From an uncultured Acidimicrobiia bacterium (GTDB taxonomy: Bacteria > Actinomycetota > Acidimicrobiia > IMCC26256 > JAENVU01): a stretch of 64,000 nucleotides of DNA. The notes beneath the pieces were generated by a model. That model was not told the DNA's origin and searched no databases. It saw nothing but the letters and a program-made list of their open reading frames with translations. Below are positions 48,429 through 60,004 of the stretch, one piece after another (the first letter of the stretch is position 1; each line of letters begins with the position of its first letter). The position numbers and the translations under genes were made by a program. The stretch lies in the NCBI GenBank assembly GCA_963835005.1, contig CAWIEA010000009.1, positions 444,435 to 508,434 on the forward strand, read 5' to 3'.

Positions 48429-49748
48429 TCATCGTGCGAATGCCGCGCCGATGGGCTCGTCGAGCACGGCGAACGTGCGGTCGATGTTGGCGATGGCCTT
48501 CTGCAGGTCGAAGCAGGCGACGAGCTGCTCGTCGGTCAGCGTCGCGGTGATGTCCGGGTCCTCACGGAGGACGTCGACGAACGGCCGGCGCTCGTCCCAG
48601 GTCTTCAGCGCGTTGCGCTGCACCATGCGGTACGCATCGTCTCGGGACTTGCCCGCCTCGACGAGCGCGAGCAGGACCGGCTGGCTGAAGACCAGGCCGT
48701 AGCTCGCGTCGAGGTTCTCGAGCATCCGCTCGGGATGGACGTGCATGCCCTCGACGATCGACCGGAACTTCACGAGCAGGTAGTAGGCGAGCGCGCAGGA
48801 GTCGGGGAGGATCACGCGCTCGACCGAGGAATGGGAGATGTCGCGCTCGTGCCACAGCGCGACGTTCTCGAGCCCGGCGCCGAGGTTGCCGCGCAGCACC
48901 CGGGCGAGGCCGCTCAGCTGCTCGCTCTTCACCGGGTTGCGCTTGTGCGGCATCGCCGACGAGCCCTTCTGCTTCCCGGCCCGGAACGGCTCCTCGACCT
49001 CGCGCACCTCGGTGCGCTGCAGATGACGGATCTCGGTCGCGAACATCTCGACGGTCGCGCCGACGCTCGCGCACGCGTACAGCAGCTCGGCGTGACGATC
49101 GCGGGCGAGCACCTGCGTCGCGGGGACCGGCGTGAGCCCGAGCTGCTCGCAGACGTGCTGCTCGACGAACGGGTCGACGTTCGAGTAGGTGCCGACCGCA
49201 CCGGAGAGCTTCCCGACCGCGATGCCGGCGCGCGCCCGGCGCAGCCGCTCGACGTCGCGCCGGATCTGCAGGGCCCACAGTGCCAGCTTCAGCCCGAACG
49301 TCGTCGGCTCCGCGTGGATGCCGTGCGTGCGTCCCACCATCGGTGTGTCGCGGTACGTGTGCGCCTGCTGCGTGATCGCGGCATCGAGGGAGACCCCGGC
49401 GTCGATCAGCAGGTCAGTGGCCCGGGTGAGCTGGAGGGCGAGCGCAGTGTCGACGACGTCGCTCGACGTCAACCCGTAGTGCACCCACGCACCCGCCGGC
49501 TGACCGATCGTCTCCTGCACGACATCGACGAACGCGGCCACGTCGTGCTCGGTGATCAGCTCGCGGGCCTCGATCGCGTCGACGTCGAAGCCGGCCCGCG
49601 CGCGCACAGCGGCGGCGTCGTCCTTCGGCACGACGCCGAGCTCGGCCCACGCCTCGGTGGCGAGGATCTCCACCTCGAGCCAAGCGCCGAACTTGGCCTG
49701 GTCGGTGAAGAGGTCCGTCATCTCGGGGAGGGAGTAGCGCGGGATCAT
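48429..49748 (-). CDS. purB: Adenylosuccinate lyase
   Basis: The start [10 protein letters not shown] forms an ATGA overlap with purD. It has the SSAMPHKRNP signature. Confidence 0.9.
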   Translation of the reverse strand: MIPRYSLPEMTDLFTDQAKFGAWLEVEILATEAWAELGVVPKDDAAAVRARAGFDVDAIEARELITEHDVAAFVDVVQETIGQPAGAWVHYGLTSSDVVDTALALQLTRATDLLIDAGVSLDAAITQQAHTYRDTPMVGRTHGIHAEPTTFGLKLALWALQIRRDVERLRRARAGIAVGKLSGAVGTYSNVDPFVEQHVCEQLGLTPVPATQVLARDRHAELLYACASVGATVEMFATEIRHLQRTEVREVEEPFRAGKQKGSSAMPHKRNPVKSEQLSGLARVLRGNLGAGLENVALWHERDISHSSVERVILPDSCALAYYLLVKFRSIVEGMHVHPERMLENLDASYGLVFSQPVLLALVEAGKSRDDAYRMVQRNALKTWDERRPFVDVLREDPDITATLTDEQLVACFDLQKAIANIDRTFAVLDEPIGAAFAR

Positions 49749-51001
49749 GGGAGCTCCGTCATGCCGGCGATGTCGTGGCGGTGCTGCATTCCGGGCCACG
49801 AGATGAGGTCGACCGCCTGGTAGGCGCGGTCGCGGGCCCGACCGATCGTCGGCCCGACCGCGGTGACGTCCAGGACGCGCCCGCCCGCGGTGCGGATCAC
49901 GTCGCCGTCGGCCACGGTCCCCGCGTGGAAGATGTGGACGCCCTCGAGCGCGGCGGCAGCCTCGAGGCCGGAGATCACGTCGCCGGTGCGCGGGGCCACG
50001 GGGTAGTCCTCGGTCGCGAGCACGACCGTGACGCACGCGTCGTCGTGGAACTCGACCGGCGTCGTGAGCTTCCCCGTCGCGGCCTCCGAGCAGTGCGCGG
50101 CGAGATCGCTCGCGAGGCGGGGGATCACGACCTGCGTCTCGGGGTCGCCGAAGCGGATGTTGTACTCGAGCACCTTCGTGCCCTCGGGCGTGAGCATCAG
50201 ACCGGCGTAGAGGACGCCCCGGTACTCGATGCCGCGGTCGGCCAGCGCGACGAGCGTCGGCTCGATCGCGTCGACCATCACCTGGTCGACCATCGCGTCG
50301 GTCGCGTCCGGCACCGGCGAGTACGCACCCATGCCGCCGGTGTTGGGACCGGTGTCGCCGTCGCCGATGCGCTTGAAGTCCTGCGCCGGTGCCATCGGGA
50401 TGCCGCGGGTGGACCCGTCGCAGAGGACGAGCAGCGACACCTCGGGCCCGCTCAACCCTTCCTCGATCACGAGCCGCCGACCCGCATCACCGAACGCGGC
50501 ACCGGAGAGGTAGGAGCGCACCGCGTCGCGCGCTTCGGCGATCGACTCGGTGACGACGACGCCCTTGCCCGCGGCGAGACCGTCGGTCTTCACCACGTAG
50601 AGCCCCGGCATCGTCTCGAGGTACGCGAGCGCCTCGGCCTCCTGGGTGCTGTGGAAGGCGGCGTGACGCGCCGTCGGGACACCCGCGTCCGCGAGCACCT
50701 GCTTCATCCACGCCTTCGAGCCCTCGAGCCGCGCCGCGGCGCCGGACGGGCCGAAGACCGCAGCACCGCTGGCTCGAAGGTCGTCGACCAGGCCGTCGAC
50801 CAGCGGCTGCTCGGGACCCACCACGACGAGCTCGAAGCCGTCGAGGTTCTCGAGTGCGAGATCCAGGTCCATGCACGGGCCGAGCTGGGCCATCCCCGGG
50901 TTGCCCGGAGCGCAGACGACCGCGTCGACGACCGAGGACCGGCTGAGGCCCCAGGCGAGGGCGTGCTCCCGGCCGCCGGATCCGACGACGAGGACGTTCA
51001 C
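49745..51001 (-). CDS. purD: Phosphoribosylamine-glycine ligase
   Basis: It opens [17 protein letters not shown] and has an ATP-grasp body. Confidence 0.9.
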   Translation of the reverse strand: MNVLVVGSGGREHALAWGLSRSSVVDAVVCAPGNPGMAQLGPCMDLDLALENLDGFELVVVGPEQPLVDGLVDDLRASGAAVFGPSGAAARLEGSKAWMKQVLADAGVPTARHAAFHSTQEAEALAYLETMPGLYVVKTDGLAAGKGVVVTESIAEARDAVRSYLSGAAFGDAGRRLVIEEGLSGPEVSLLVLCDGSTRGIPMAPAQDFKRIGDGDTGPNTGGMGAYSPVPDATDAMVDQVMVDAIEPTLVALADRGIEYRGVLYAGLMLTPEGTKVLEYNIRFGDPETQVVIPRLASDLAAHCSEAATGKLTTPVEFHDDACVTVVLATEDYPVAPRTGDVISGLEAAAALEGVHIFHAGTVADGDVIRTAGGRVLDVTAVGPTIGRARDRAYQAVDLISWPGMQHRHDIAGMTELP

Positions 51002-52290
51002 GCGGCGCGGGGGAGCACGACCGTCTGGTCGCGGGCGGGCCCGACCGACACGAAGCTCACGTGCACACCGGTGAACTGCTCGATGAAGTGGACGTAGTCG
51101 CGGGCCGCGGGCGGGAGGTCCTCGATGCGCTCGGCGCGCTCGACGTCCACCTGCCAGCCCGGCAACGTCTCGTAGATCGGTCGGACCTTGTGCAGCACCG
51201 ACTGGTGGTACGGCACGTGGTCGTAGCGCGTCCCGGAGTCATCCTCGTAGCCGACGCACAGCTTCAGCTCGGGGAGCGGTGACAGCACGTCGAGCTTCGT
51301 GATCGCGAGCTCGGTGCAGGTGTTGAGGCGCGTCGCGTGCTTGAGCATCACGAGGTCGAGCCAGCCCGGGCGGCGCTTGCGCCCGGTGTTCGTGCCGAAC
51401 TCGCGCCCGCGCTCGACGAGCAGGTCCGCGACCTCGTCACCCTCGAAGAGCTCGGTCGGGAACGGTCCGCTTCCGACCCGGGTCGTGTACGCCTTCACCA
51501 CACCGACGATCCGCTCGATCGCCTTCGGCCCGACGCCGGCGCCGGCGCACACGCCGCCCGACACCGGGTTGCTCGACGTCACGAACGGATACGTGCCGTG
51601 GTCGAGGTCGAGGTACGTGGCCTGCGCCCCCTCGAAGAGGACCCACTGGCCCGCGTCGAGGGCGTCGTGGACGAGGTGGACGGTGTCGTCGATCAAGGGC
51701 GACAGGCGCTCGACGTAGCCCATGTACTGCTCGGCGATGTCGGCCGCGTCCATCGGGAGACGGTTGTAGACCTTGGTGAGGAGGCCGTTCTTCTCCCGCA
51801 GGACCAGGTCGAGCTTCTCCCGGAAGATCTTCGGGTCGAGCAGGTCCTGGACCCGCAGGCCGACGCGCAGCGCCTTGTCCGCGTACGTCGGTCCGATGCC
51901 GCGCTTGGTGGTCCCGAGCTTGTTCTTGCCCAGGTACCGCTCGGTCACCCGGTCGAGCTCCTGGTGGTACGGCATGATCAGGTGCGCGTTGCCCGACACC
52001 CGGATCCGGCGGCTGTCGATGCCCTTGGCCTCGAGCATGTCGAGCTCATCGAGGAGCACCGCGGGGTCGACGACCACGCCGTTGCCGATGACCGGCACGA
52101 CCCAGGGATAGAGGACCCCGCTCGGGACGAGCTGCAGCTTGAACACCTCGCCGTCCACGACGAGGGTGTGGCCCGCGTTGTGGCCACCCTGATACCGCAC
52201 GCACAGCGAGGCTTCCTTCGCGAGGTAGTCGGTGAACCGACCCTTGCCCTCGTCGCCCCACTGGGTGCCGACGATCACCGTGCCCGGCAC
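50998..52290 (-). CDS. purA: Adenylosuccinate synthase
   Basis: It has [10 protein letters not shown] and GIGPTYADK motifs and a GTG start. Confidence 0.9.
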   Translation of the reverse strand: MPGTVIVGTQWGDEGKGRFTDYLAKEASLCVRYQGGHNAGHTLVVDGEVFKLQLVPSGVLYPWVVPVIGNGVVVDPAVLLDELDMLEAKGIDSRRIRVSGNAHLIMPYHQELDRVTERYLGKNKLGTTKRGIGPTYADKALRVGLRVQDLLDPKIFREKLDLVLREKNGLLTKVYNRLPMDAADIAEQYMGYVERLSPLIDDTVHLVHDALDAGQWVLFEGAQATYLDLDHGTYPFVTSSNPVSGGVCAGAGVGPKAIERIVGVVKAYTTRVGSGPFPTELFEGDEVADLLVERGREFGTNTGRKRRPGWLDLVMLKHATRLNTCTELAITKLDVLSPLPELKLCVGYEDDSGTRYDHVPYHQSVLHKVRPIYETLPGWQVDVERAERIEDLPPAARDYVHFIEQFTGVHVSFVSVGPARDQTVVLPRAA

Positions 52291-52414
52291 GCGGCGCTCC
52301 TGCTGTCGACTGCGCTCACGTTGGGTACAGGCTAGTCGGAGTCCCGCACACCACGTCGAGAGATGCGCGCGACCGCACTCACGTCGGCTCCAGGCTCGTC
52401 GGCCGACGCGGGAC

Positions 52415-52442
52415 GACGCCGGGAGATCCCTCTCCCGGCGTC
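52415..52442 (-). terminator. Strong 12-bp hairpin 29 nt after the clpB stop
   Basis: GACGCCGGGAGA, loop TCCC, TCTCCCGGCGTC. Confidence 0.6.
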
Positions 52443-52470
52443 ACCCTCGCACTTCGGTGCCGATCGACGG

Positions 52471-55045
52471 TCAGCTGCCGACGGGGGCGGTGCGCAGGAA
52501 GACGAGGCCGTCCGGTGATGCGTCCACCGTGATCGTGTCGCCTTCCTTGTACTCACCTTGCAGCACCGACAGCGCGATCGGGTCGGCGAGCTCACGCTGG
52601 ATGACCCGCTTGAGCGGCCGGGCCCCGAAGTCCGGGTCGTAGCCGGCGCGGGAGATGTGCTGGCGGGCCGACTCGCTCAGCACCAGCCCGAGGCCGCGCT
52701 GGGCCAGCCGGCCGGCGAGCTGCTCGACCTGGATGTCGACGATCTCGGCGATGTGGCGCTCGTCGAGGCGGTGGAACACCACCAGCTCGTCGATGCGGTT
52801 CACGAACTCCGGCTTGAAGTGGTTGCGCACCGCGGCCATGACCATGGCCTCGTCGCCGCCGCGGCCGAGGTTGCTCGTCATGATGAGGACGGTGTTCGTG
52901 AAGTCGACCGTCCGACCCTGGCCGTCGGTCAGGCGACCGTCGTCCATGAGCTGCAGCAGCACGTTGAAGACGTCCGGGTGCGCCTTCTCCACCTCGTCGA
53001 GGAGGATCACCGCGTACGGGCGCCGACGGACCGCCTCGGTCAGCTGGCCGCCCTCGTCGTAGCCGACGTAGCCCGGGGGCGCGCCGACCAGGCGCGACAC
53101 CGAGTGCTTCTCCATGTACTCGGACATGTCGATGCGGACCATCGCCCGCTCGTCGTCGAACAGGAAGTCCGCGAGCGTGCGCGCGAGCTCGGTCTTGCCG
53201 ACGCCCGTCGGGCCGAGGAACAGGAACGAGCCGATCGGCCGGTTCGGGTCCGAGAGGCCGGCGCGCGACCGGCGGATCGCGTTCGCGACCGCGGTCACCG
53301 CCGCGTCCTGGCCGATGACCCGGCTGTGCAGCTCGTCCTCCATGCGGACGAGCTTCTGCATCTCGCCCTCCATGAGCCGGCTGACCGGCACCCCGGTCCA
53401 CTTCGCCACGATCTCGGCGACGTCCTCCTCGTCGACCTCTTCCTTCAGCATCTGCTCGGTGCTCTGCAGCTCCTCGAGGCGGGCGCGCTTCGACTCGATC
53501 GTCTGCTCGAGCTCGCGCATCGTGCCGTAGCGGAGCGCGGCCGCCTGCTCGAGGTCGCCGTCGCGCTCGGCCTTCTCGGCCTCGGTGCGCGCCTGCTCGA
53601 GCTGCTCCATCAGCTCGCGGATCTCCGCGATCGTGTCGCGCTCGGACTGCCAGTGCGCGACCATCCCGTCGCGCTGCTCGGCCAGCTCGGCCAGCTCGGC
53701 CTCGAGCGCGGCGAGCCGCTGCTTCGAGGCGTCGTCGGTCTCCTTCGCCAGCGCGGCCTTCTCGATCTCGAGCTGACGGATTCGCCGCTCGACCACGTCG
53801 ATCTCGAACGGCATCGAGTCGATCTCGATGCGCAGCCGCGACGCGGCCTCGTCGATCAGGTCGATGGCCTTGTCCGGCAGCTGGCGGCTCGGGATGTAGC
53901 GGTCCGACAGGACGGCGGCGCCGACGAGCGCGGCGTCCTGGATCCGCACGCCGTGATGGACCTCGTAGCGCTCCTTCAGGCCGCGCAGGATCGCGATCGT
54001 GTCCTCGACCGACGGCTCACCCACGTACACCTGCTGGAAGCGGCGCTCGAGCGCGGGGTCCTTCTCGATGTGCTTGCGGTACTCGTCGAGCGTCGTCGCG
54101 CCGATCATGCGCAGCTCGCCGCGCGCCAGCATCGGCTTGATCATGTTGCCGGCGTCGACGGCGCCTTCGGCGCCACCCGCGCCGACGATCGTGTGCAGCT
54201 CGTCGATGAAGGTGACGACCTCGCCGTCGGAGTCGCTGATCTCCTTGAGGACGGCCTTCAGCCGCTCCTCGAACTCACCGCGGTACTTCGCGCCGGCGAC
54301 CATCGAGCCGATGTCGAGCGAGATCAGCCGCTTGTCGCGCAGGCCGTCGGGGACGTCGCCCTCGACGATGCGACGCGCCAGGCCCTCGGCGATCGCGGTC
54401 TTGCCGACACCGGGCTCGCCGATCAGCACCGGGTTGTTCTTCGTGCGCCGGCTGAGCACCTGGATGACGCGCCTGATCTCCTCGTCGCGCCCGATGACCG
54501 GGTCGAGCTTCCCGCGGCGCGCGTCCTCGGTGAGGTCGCGGCCGTAGCGCTCGAGCGCCTGGTACTGCTCCTCGGGGTTCTCGCTCGTGACCCGGTGCGA
54601 CCCGCGCACCTTCTTCAGCGCCTCGAGCACCTGGTCCGTGGTGACGCCCTGGGCGCGCAGCAGGTCGCCGACCCCACCGGGGACCTTCGTCATCGCGAGC
54701 AGCAGGTGCTCGGTCGAGAGGAACTCGTCGGAGAGGTCCTGGCGCTCCTCGTCCGCGGCCTCGAGCAGCTTGTACGCCGGCTGGCTGATCTGCGGCGCCG
54801 AGGTCGTCTCCCCGAAGACCTGCGGGACCTTCGCCAGCGCCGCGTCCACCTGGTCGGAGATGCTCTTCGGTGAGACCCCGACGCCTTCGAGCACCCCGAG
54901 CACGACGCCCTCGGGCTGGCCGATCAGGGCGCTGAGCAGGTGCTCCGGCCCCACCTGGGCGTGGTGCTTCTCACCGCGCGAGGGCCTGGGCGGCTCCGAT
55001 GGCCTCCTGGCTCTTCCGGGTGAACTTGTTGGGGTCGAGCGGCAT
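52471..55045 (-). pseudogene. clpB: ATP-dependent chaperone ClpB, frame broken near 54975
   Basis: [24 protein letters not shown] is in one frame, starting at ATG 55045. The remaining roughly 840 aa, with two AAA+ modules and a middle coiled coil, are in ORF 52471..55125. Confidence 0.9.
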
Positions 55046-55082
55046 GGACAGAACCTCGGCTGTCGCGGGACAGATACGGTGA

Positions 55083-55105
55083 AGTTGACAACGGCGCTGT
55101 CAACT
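55083..55105. promoter_or_regulatory. Perfect inverted repeat upstream of clpB (candidate HspR/HAIR-like operator, also carries TTGACA)
   Basis: AGTTGACA-N7-TGTCAACT lies 38 nt upstream of the clpB ATG. hspR is present in the window at 60005-60385. Confidence 0.45.
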
Positions 55106-55302
55106 ATCGCATTCCCATTCTGCACCCGATCTCGCCCGCCGCAGCAAGCAGTTCGAGCCGACCTCCAGGCCGCGAGGACAGCGGCAGGGACGGGGGCGTC
55201 GTCCGAAGGCGAGTTCCCGGAGCGGAGCCCCTGGCGGAGCGGAGGGGTGTCTGAGCAATGAGGATGCGCGCCCCCGGCCCTGGCGCGGGGGACATCCGAG
55301 AC

Positions 55303-57576
55303 TCAGGAGGTCGTCTCGAACTCGCGGTCGAGGATGGCGATCGGCTCGTTCTCCCAGATCCCGTACCGCAGGTGCCACCGCCGCAGCCAGTTCGGCGACC
55401 ACCAGTTGGCCCGGCCGGCGAGGCGCATGAACGCGGGCACGAGCGTCGCCCGGATGAGGAAGGCGTCGACGAGGACGGCGAGCGAGAGGCCGACCCCGAA
55501 GAGCTGGACGATCGAGACCGACGACGTCGCGATCCCGATGAAGACGATCGTCAGCAGCAGGGCCGCGGCGGTGACGATGCGCCCGGTCTTCTGCAGGCCG
55601 ACCTCGACGGCGTGCTCGTTGTCGCGCTCGAGGTCGTACTCCTCCTTGATCCGCGACAGGAGGAAGACCTCGTAGTCCATCGACAGTCCGAACGCGATGC
55701 AGAACATGAGGATCGGCGTGAAGATGTCGATGCTGCCGGTCGGCGTGAACCCCAGGAGATCGGAGAAGTGACCCTCCTGGAAGATCCAGACCATGGCACC
55801 GAACGTCGCGGTGAGGCTGAGCACGTTCAGGAGCAGTGCCTTGATCGGCACGAGCAGGCTGCCGGTCATCAGGAAGAGGAGCACGAACGTCGCGAGGGCG
55901 ATGATCCCGAGCGTCCAGGGGAGCGTGCTCAGCACCGACTCCTTGGTGTCGACGAGCGTGGCGGACACGCCTGCGACCGTGAACGCGAACGGCGCCCTGG
56001 TCGCGCGGATGTCCTTCACCTGCTGCTCGCCCGCGGCCGAGTGGGGCTCGATGTCCGGCACGACCGAGAGCCAGGTGCCGCTCTCGCCCTGGTCCGGGGT
56101 GAACCGGCGGGCCAGCTCGGTCGGCGGGACGACGGTGATCTCACCGTTGGTCAGCAGGTAGGAACCGGTGCCGGCGTCGACGCGGGACACCCCGGGAACC
56201 CGGGCGAGCCTGCGGGCGAACGCGTCGATCTGCGTCTTGTCGGTCGGGAGGTCGGCGCTGGGCACCAGCACCTGCAGCGCGTCGGCTTCGCGGCTCGCGA
56301 AGTTCTCGCGGATCTGGTCGGTGGTCGCCCGGCTCGACACGCTCTCGGGGACCACCCGGTCGTCGATCGTCCCGGCGTTGAAATTGAAGAACGGGATCGC
56401 GAGCACGAGCAGCACGAGCGTCACGCCGACCGCGTACGGCACGGGGTGCTTCATGACCCGGCGGGCCTGGCGGCCCCAGAACCCGTCCCCCGAGCTCTCC
56501 TTGGGCTTGAAGATGCGCAGCGCCTCCACCCGGTGCCCGAGCACGGCGAGGATCGCGGGCAGCACGATGATCGAGGCCACTGCGGCGAGGAAGACCACCG
56601 CGACACCGGCGTACGCGAACGAGCGCAGGTAGGTCACGGGGAAGAGCAGCAGCGCGGCCAGCGAGATCATCACCGTCCCCGCACTGAACGCGACGGTGCG
56701 TCCGGCGGTCTGCATGGTCCGTCCGATCGCGACGTTCTTGGACGCGCCGGCCGCGAGCTCCTCGCGGTAGCGGGAGACGACGAACAGGCTGTAGTCGATC
56801 GCGAGGCCGAGCCCGAGGCCCGTGGTGAGGTTGAGCGCGAAGACCGACACGTCGGTGAACCCGACGAGGATCGTCAGCGCGAGCAGGGTGGCGATGACGG
56901 CGAGGACACCGACGGCGAGGGGCAGCAACGCCGCGACCACGCCACCGAAGACGAGGACGAGCGCGATGAACACCAGCGGCGCGGTGAGACCCTCGGAGCG
57001 CTGGAGGTCGTGCTCGGCCTGCTTGCTCACCTGGTGCGCGACCTGGGCCCGGCCGGTGACCGCGGTGACGACGCCGTCGCTGTCGATCGTGTAGGTGTCC
57101 GCGATCCGCTCCGCGACCTTCACCTTCTGGTCCAGGTCGCCACGGAGGGCGGCGAAGATCAGCGCCTGGCTCCCGTCACGGCTGCGCAGCGGGGGCAGGT
57201 TGCCCGACGTCCAGTAGGACGATGCCTGGACGACGCCGTCCTCCTTCGCCAGCGCGGCGGTGATCGCCTTGCCCTGCGCCGCGACGCCGTCGACCGCGAA
57301 GGTGCCCGCGGCGCCCTTTCGGGCGTCCGCGTCCTTCACGGTGACCAGCACCACGAAGTCCGACTGGCCCGCGCGGCTGAAGCTCGCGCTGATCGCCTCC
57401 GCAGTCTTCGCGGATTCTGACCCCGGGTCCTCGAGACCACCGACGGTGAGGCTCTTCGCGACGCCACCCCCCAGAAGGGCGGCGATCGGCACGAAGAGCG
57501 CGGCGACGATGATCACGATCCACCGGTGGTGGACCACGAACAGCGCGAGTCGACGCACGAGCAACTCCCTCGACAA
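55303..57576 (-). CDS. MMPL family (RND superfamily) transporter
   Basis: 757 aa. It has two blocks of six TM helices separated by periplasmic domains, which is the typical MMPL layout. Confidence 0.85.
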   Translation of the reverse strand: MSRELLVRRLALFVVHHRWIVIIVAALFVPIAALLGGGVAKSLTVGGLEDPGSESAKTAEAISASFSRAGQSDFVVLVTVKDADARKGAAGTFAVDGVAAQGKAITAALAKEDGVVQASSYWTSGNLPPLRSRDGSQALIFAALRGDLDQKVKVAERIADTYTIDSDGVVTAVTGRAQVAHQVSKQAEHDLQRSEGLTAPLVFIALVLVFGGVVAALLPLAVGVLAVIATLLALTILVGFTDVSVFALNLTTGLGLGLAIDYSLFVVSRYREELAAGASKNVAIGRTMQTAGRTVAFSAGTVMISLAALLLFPVTYLRSFAYAGVAVVFLAAVASIIVLPAILAVLGHRVEALRIFKPKESSGDGFWGRQARRVMKHPVPYAVGVTLVLLVLAIPFFNFNAGTIDDRVVPESVSSRATTDQIRENFASREADALQVLVPSADLPTDKTQIDAFARRLARVPGVSRVDAGTGSYLLTNGEITVVPPTELARRFTPDQGESGTWLSVVPDIEPHSAAGEQQVKDIRATRAPFAFTVAGVSATLVDTKESVLSTLPWTLGIIALATFVLLFLMTGSLLVPIKALLLNVLSLTATFGAMVWIFQEGHFSDLLGFTPTGSIDIFTPILMFCIAFGLSMDYEVFLLSRIKEEYDLERDNEHAVEVGLQKTGRIVTAAALLLTIVFIGIATSSVSIVQLFGVGLSLAVLVDAFLIRATLVPAFMRLAGRANWWSPNWLRRWHLRYGIWENEPIAILDREFETTS

Positions 57577-57698
57577 CGCGCCGCACCCGTCGGGTGCCCT
57601 CCCGTCGCGTCACCACTACGCTACGACGCACCGCGGGCGCGACGCACGTGGACACCTCTCGGCGGGGAGCCGGGGACGAGAGGCGGAGGGCATTCGTC

Positions 57699-58144
57699 GT
57701 GAGCGCGAAGCAGGACCTGGCCGAGCTGCTCACCGAGGTCGGCCTGTTCTCGCGTTGCACCAAGCGCGAGCGCCAGACGATCGCCCGTCACGCGCAGGCG
57801 GCCGAGCTCCCGGCCGGCACCGACCTCGTCCGCGAGGGCGAACCGGGTGACGCGCTGTTCCTGATCCTCGAGGGTGAGGCGGTCGTGCGGCGCGAGGGAC
57901 ACGACGTCGGGCACGTCGGACCGGGCTCGTACTTCGGCGAGCTCGCGATCCTCGACGGCGCGCCCGCAGCGCGACCGTCGTCGCCGAGACGGACGTGCGC
58001 GTCGCGGTGCTCGGCATCCGGATGTTCCGCACCCTGCTGCGTGAGTTCCCGGAGCTGGCCGAGCAGCTGTTGATCGGCCTGGCAGGCGAGCTGCGCAAGA
58101 GCCAGGCCCTCGTCCAAGAGGCCCAACATCCACACACGGCCTGA
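57699..58144 (+). pseudogene. Small cyclic-nucleotide-binding domain protein, frame broken near 57965
   Basis: GTG 57699 follows GAGGCGGAGGG. The sequence reads FGELAILDGAP, shifts frame, then reads RSATVVAETDV. The stop is at 58142-58144. Confidence 0.75.
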
Positions 58145-58183
58145 CCGGGACTTCGAGGCAGGGCAGATGAGCGAGCCGGCGAG

Positions 58184-59985
58184 ATGACGGCGATCACCAC
58201 CGACGAGCTGGATCGCCTGGTCCAGGAGAACACCGTCCTCGGGACGATGGACCCGGACGCCCGGGCCCAGCTGCGCGACGCGCTCGAGCCGGTCGCGGTC
58301 CCGGCCGGCACGGTGCTGCTGCGGGAGGGGGACCCGGCCGATTGCCTGTTCCTCGTCGCGGCCGGACGCCTCCGCGTCGTCACCACCGACGCGGCCGGCG
58401 AGGAGGTCCAGCTCGCAGAGATCGGGCGGGGTGGGCTCGTCGGCGAGATGGCCCTGATCACCAACCGCCCGCGCACCGCGACCGTCCGCGTGCTTCGCGA
58501 CGCGCACCTGCTGAAGCTGTCGACATCCGCGTTCAGCCAGCTCATCGCGAGCCACCCCGAGTCCGCGCGACGGATCAGCACCGAGATGGTCGACCGGCTG
58601 CTGCGCTCACGGCTCGTCGGCCGACCCAGCACGCCGGTCGTCAGCATCTGCCTGCTGCCGCTCGACGCGGGGCCCGCGGTGGACGCATTCGGAGAGCAGT
58701 TCGAGCGCGCGCTCACCCGGCTCACCGGCGCCGCGCGAAGTCGACGCCCGAGCCGCGATCGAGGCAGTCGGCGACGACCTGGACCCGGGCCGCTTCGCGA
58801 GTGGTCGAGTGATCTCGAGACCGAGCACGAGGTCGTCGTGTACCACGCGGATCCGGAGCCGACGCCGTGGACGCTCGCGTGCATCCGGCAGGCCGACCTG
58901 CTGCTCCTCGTCGCCGACGCGACGGCCACCCCGAGCCTCCGACCCGTCGAGCGCGTCGCGCTGCAGGCGCGCGACACCGAGCACATCCGGGTCGAGCTGG
59001 TGCTGGCGCACCCGCCCTGGACGGAGGACCCCCGCGGCACGTCGCGTTGGCTCACCCACCGGCGCATCCACCGCCATCACCACGTGCGCACCGATCGGCC
59101 CGGCGACACTCACCGCGTGGCGCGACTCGTCCTCAGCCGGGGAGTCGGCATCGTCTACAGCGGCGGCGGGGCGCGGGGGATCGCCGAGCTGGGGGTGCTC
59201 AAGGCCCTCCGCGAGGCGAACATCCCCATCGACGCGGCCGGCGGCACGAGCATCGGCTCGATCCTCGCCGGCGCGACGTCGAGCGCGATGGATCTCGACG
59301 CCACCGAGCAGCTCCTGCGCGAGGCTCTGGTCGACGGGAAGTCGCCGGTCGACTTCACCCTGCCGATCGTGTCGCTCGCGGCGGGCGCGCGTGTGTCGCA
59401 GCGCATGCGCGAGGCCGCGCGGCCTCGACTACGAGGACTCGTGGATCAACGGCTTCTGCGTGTCGACCAACCTGACCCGCGGTGAGGTCGAGGTGCACGA
59501 CACCGGCCCGGCCTGGCTCGGGCTGCGCGCCAGCTTCTCGATCCCCGGGGTCTTCCCCCCGATGCGCACGGTCGACGGCGACGTCCTCGTCGACGGCGGC
59601 GTGCTCGACAACATGCCGGTCGGCGTCATGCGGGCCCTGCACGACGGCATCCGGGTGATCGCGGTCGACGTCGGCAGCAAGCGCGACATCCGCGCCGGCG
59701 AGCTGCCGGACTCGGGCGTGGTCTCGGGCTGGCGGTGGCTGATGCAGCGCGTGGACCCGCGCGCCGACGCCGGAGATGGCCGGGATCATCCGCGTGATCA
59801 TGCGGATCACCGAGCTCGGCGGAACGGGTTCGGCCGATCTCGGCGACCTCTACATCCGCCCGCCGGTCGACGGCATCGCGATGCTCGACTTCGGAGCGTT
59901 CGACCGGCTCGTCGAGCTCGGGTACGCGACCGCGAGCGAACGGATCGCCGAGTGGCTCGCGTCCGAGGACCCGCCGGTCTTCTGA
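58184..59985 (+). pseudogene. cNMP-binding domain + patatin-like phospholipase, frame broken near 58735, 58799, 59418 and 59760
   Basis: The cNMP domain has GEMALITNRPRTATV. The patatin domain has GGGARG and GTSIG (Ser), plus VDGGVLDNMPV (Asp). The pieces lie in ORFs 58184.., 58809.. and 59776..59985. Confidence 0.75.
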
Positions 59986-60004
59986 CGCCTGGGCCCGAGT
60001 CCGG

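Noticed and set aside
55201-55245. GGAGCGGAG direct repeat (CCGGAGCGGAGCCCCTGGCGGAGCGGAGGGG), and a GAGCGG-rich stretch at 525-575, as further copies of the repeat family
   Set aside because: They share only short GAGCGG-type words, lie antisense to the flanking genes, and lack the conserved GGCCCnnGCGGCCCG core. I did not count them.
52558-57420. 771-aa and 720-aa plus-strand ORFs opposite clpB and the MMPL transporter, plus similar ones at 28941-31181(-), 49775-51097(+) and 61902-63803(+)
   Set aside because: All are antisense to strongly conserved genes and have repetitive Arg/Asp/Glu/Gly-rich composition. They are GC-driven artefacts.
57699-59985. cNMP-binding patatin as a CBASS-like anti-phage effector
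   Set aside because: There is no CD-NTase cyclase or other CBASS component nearby. The sensor is a Crp-type cNMP domain, and the neighbours are housekeeping genes.
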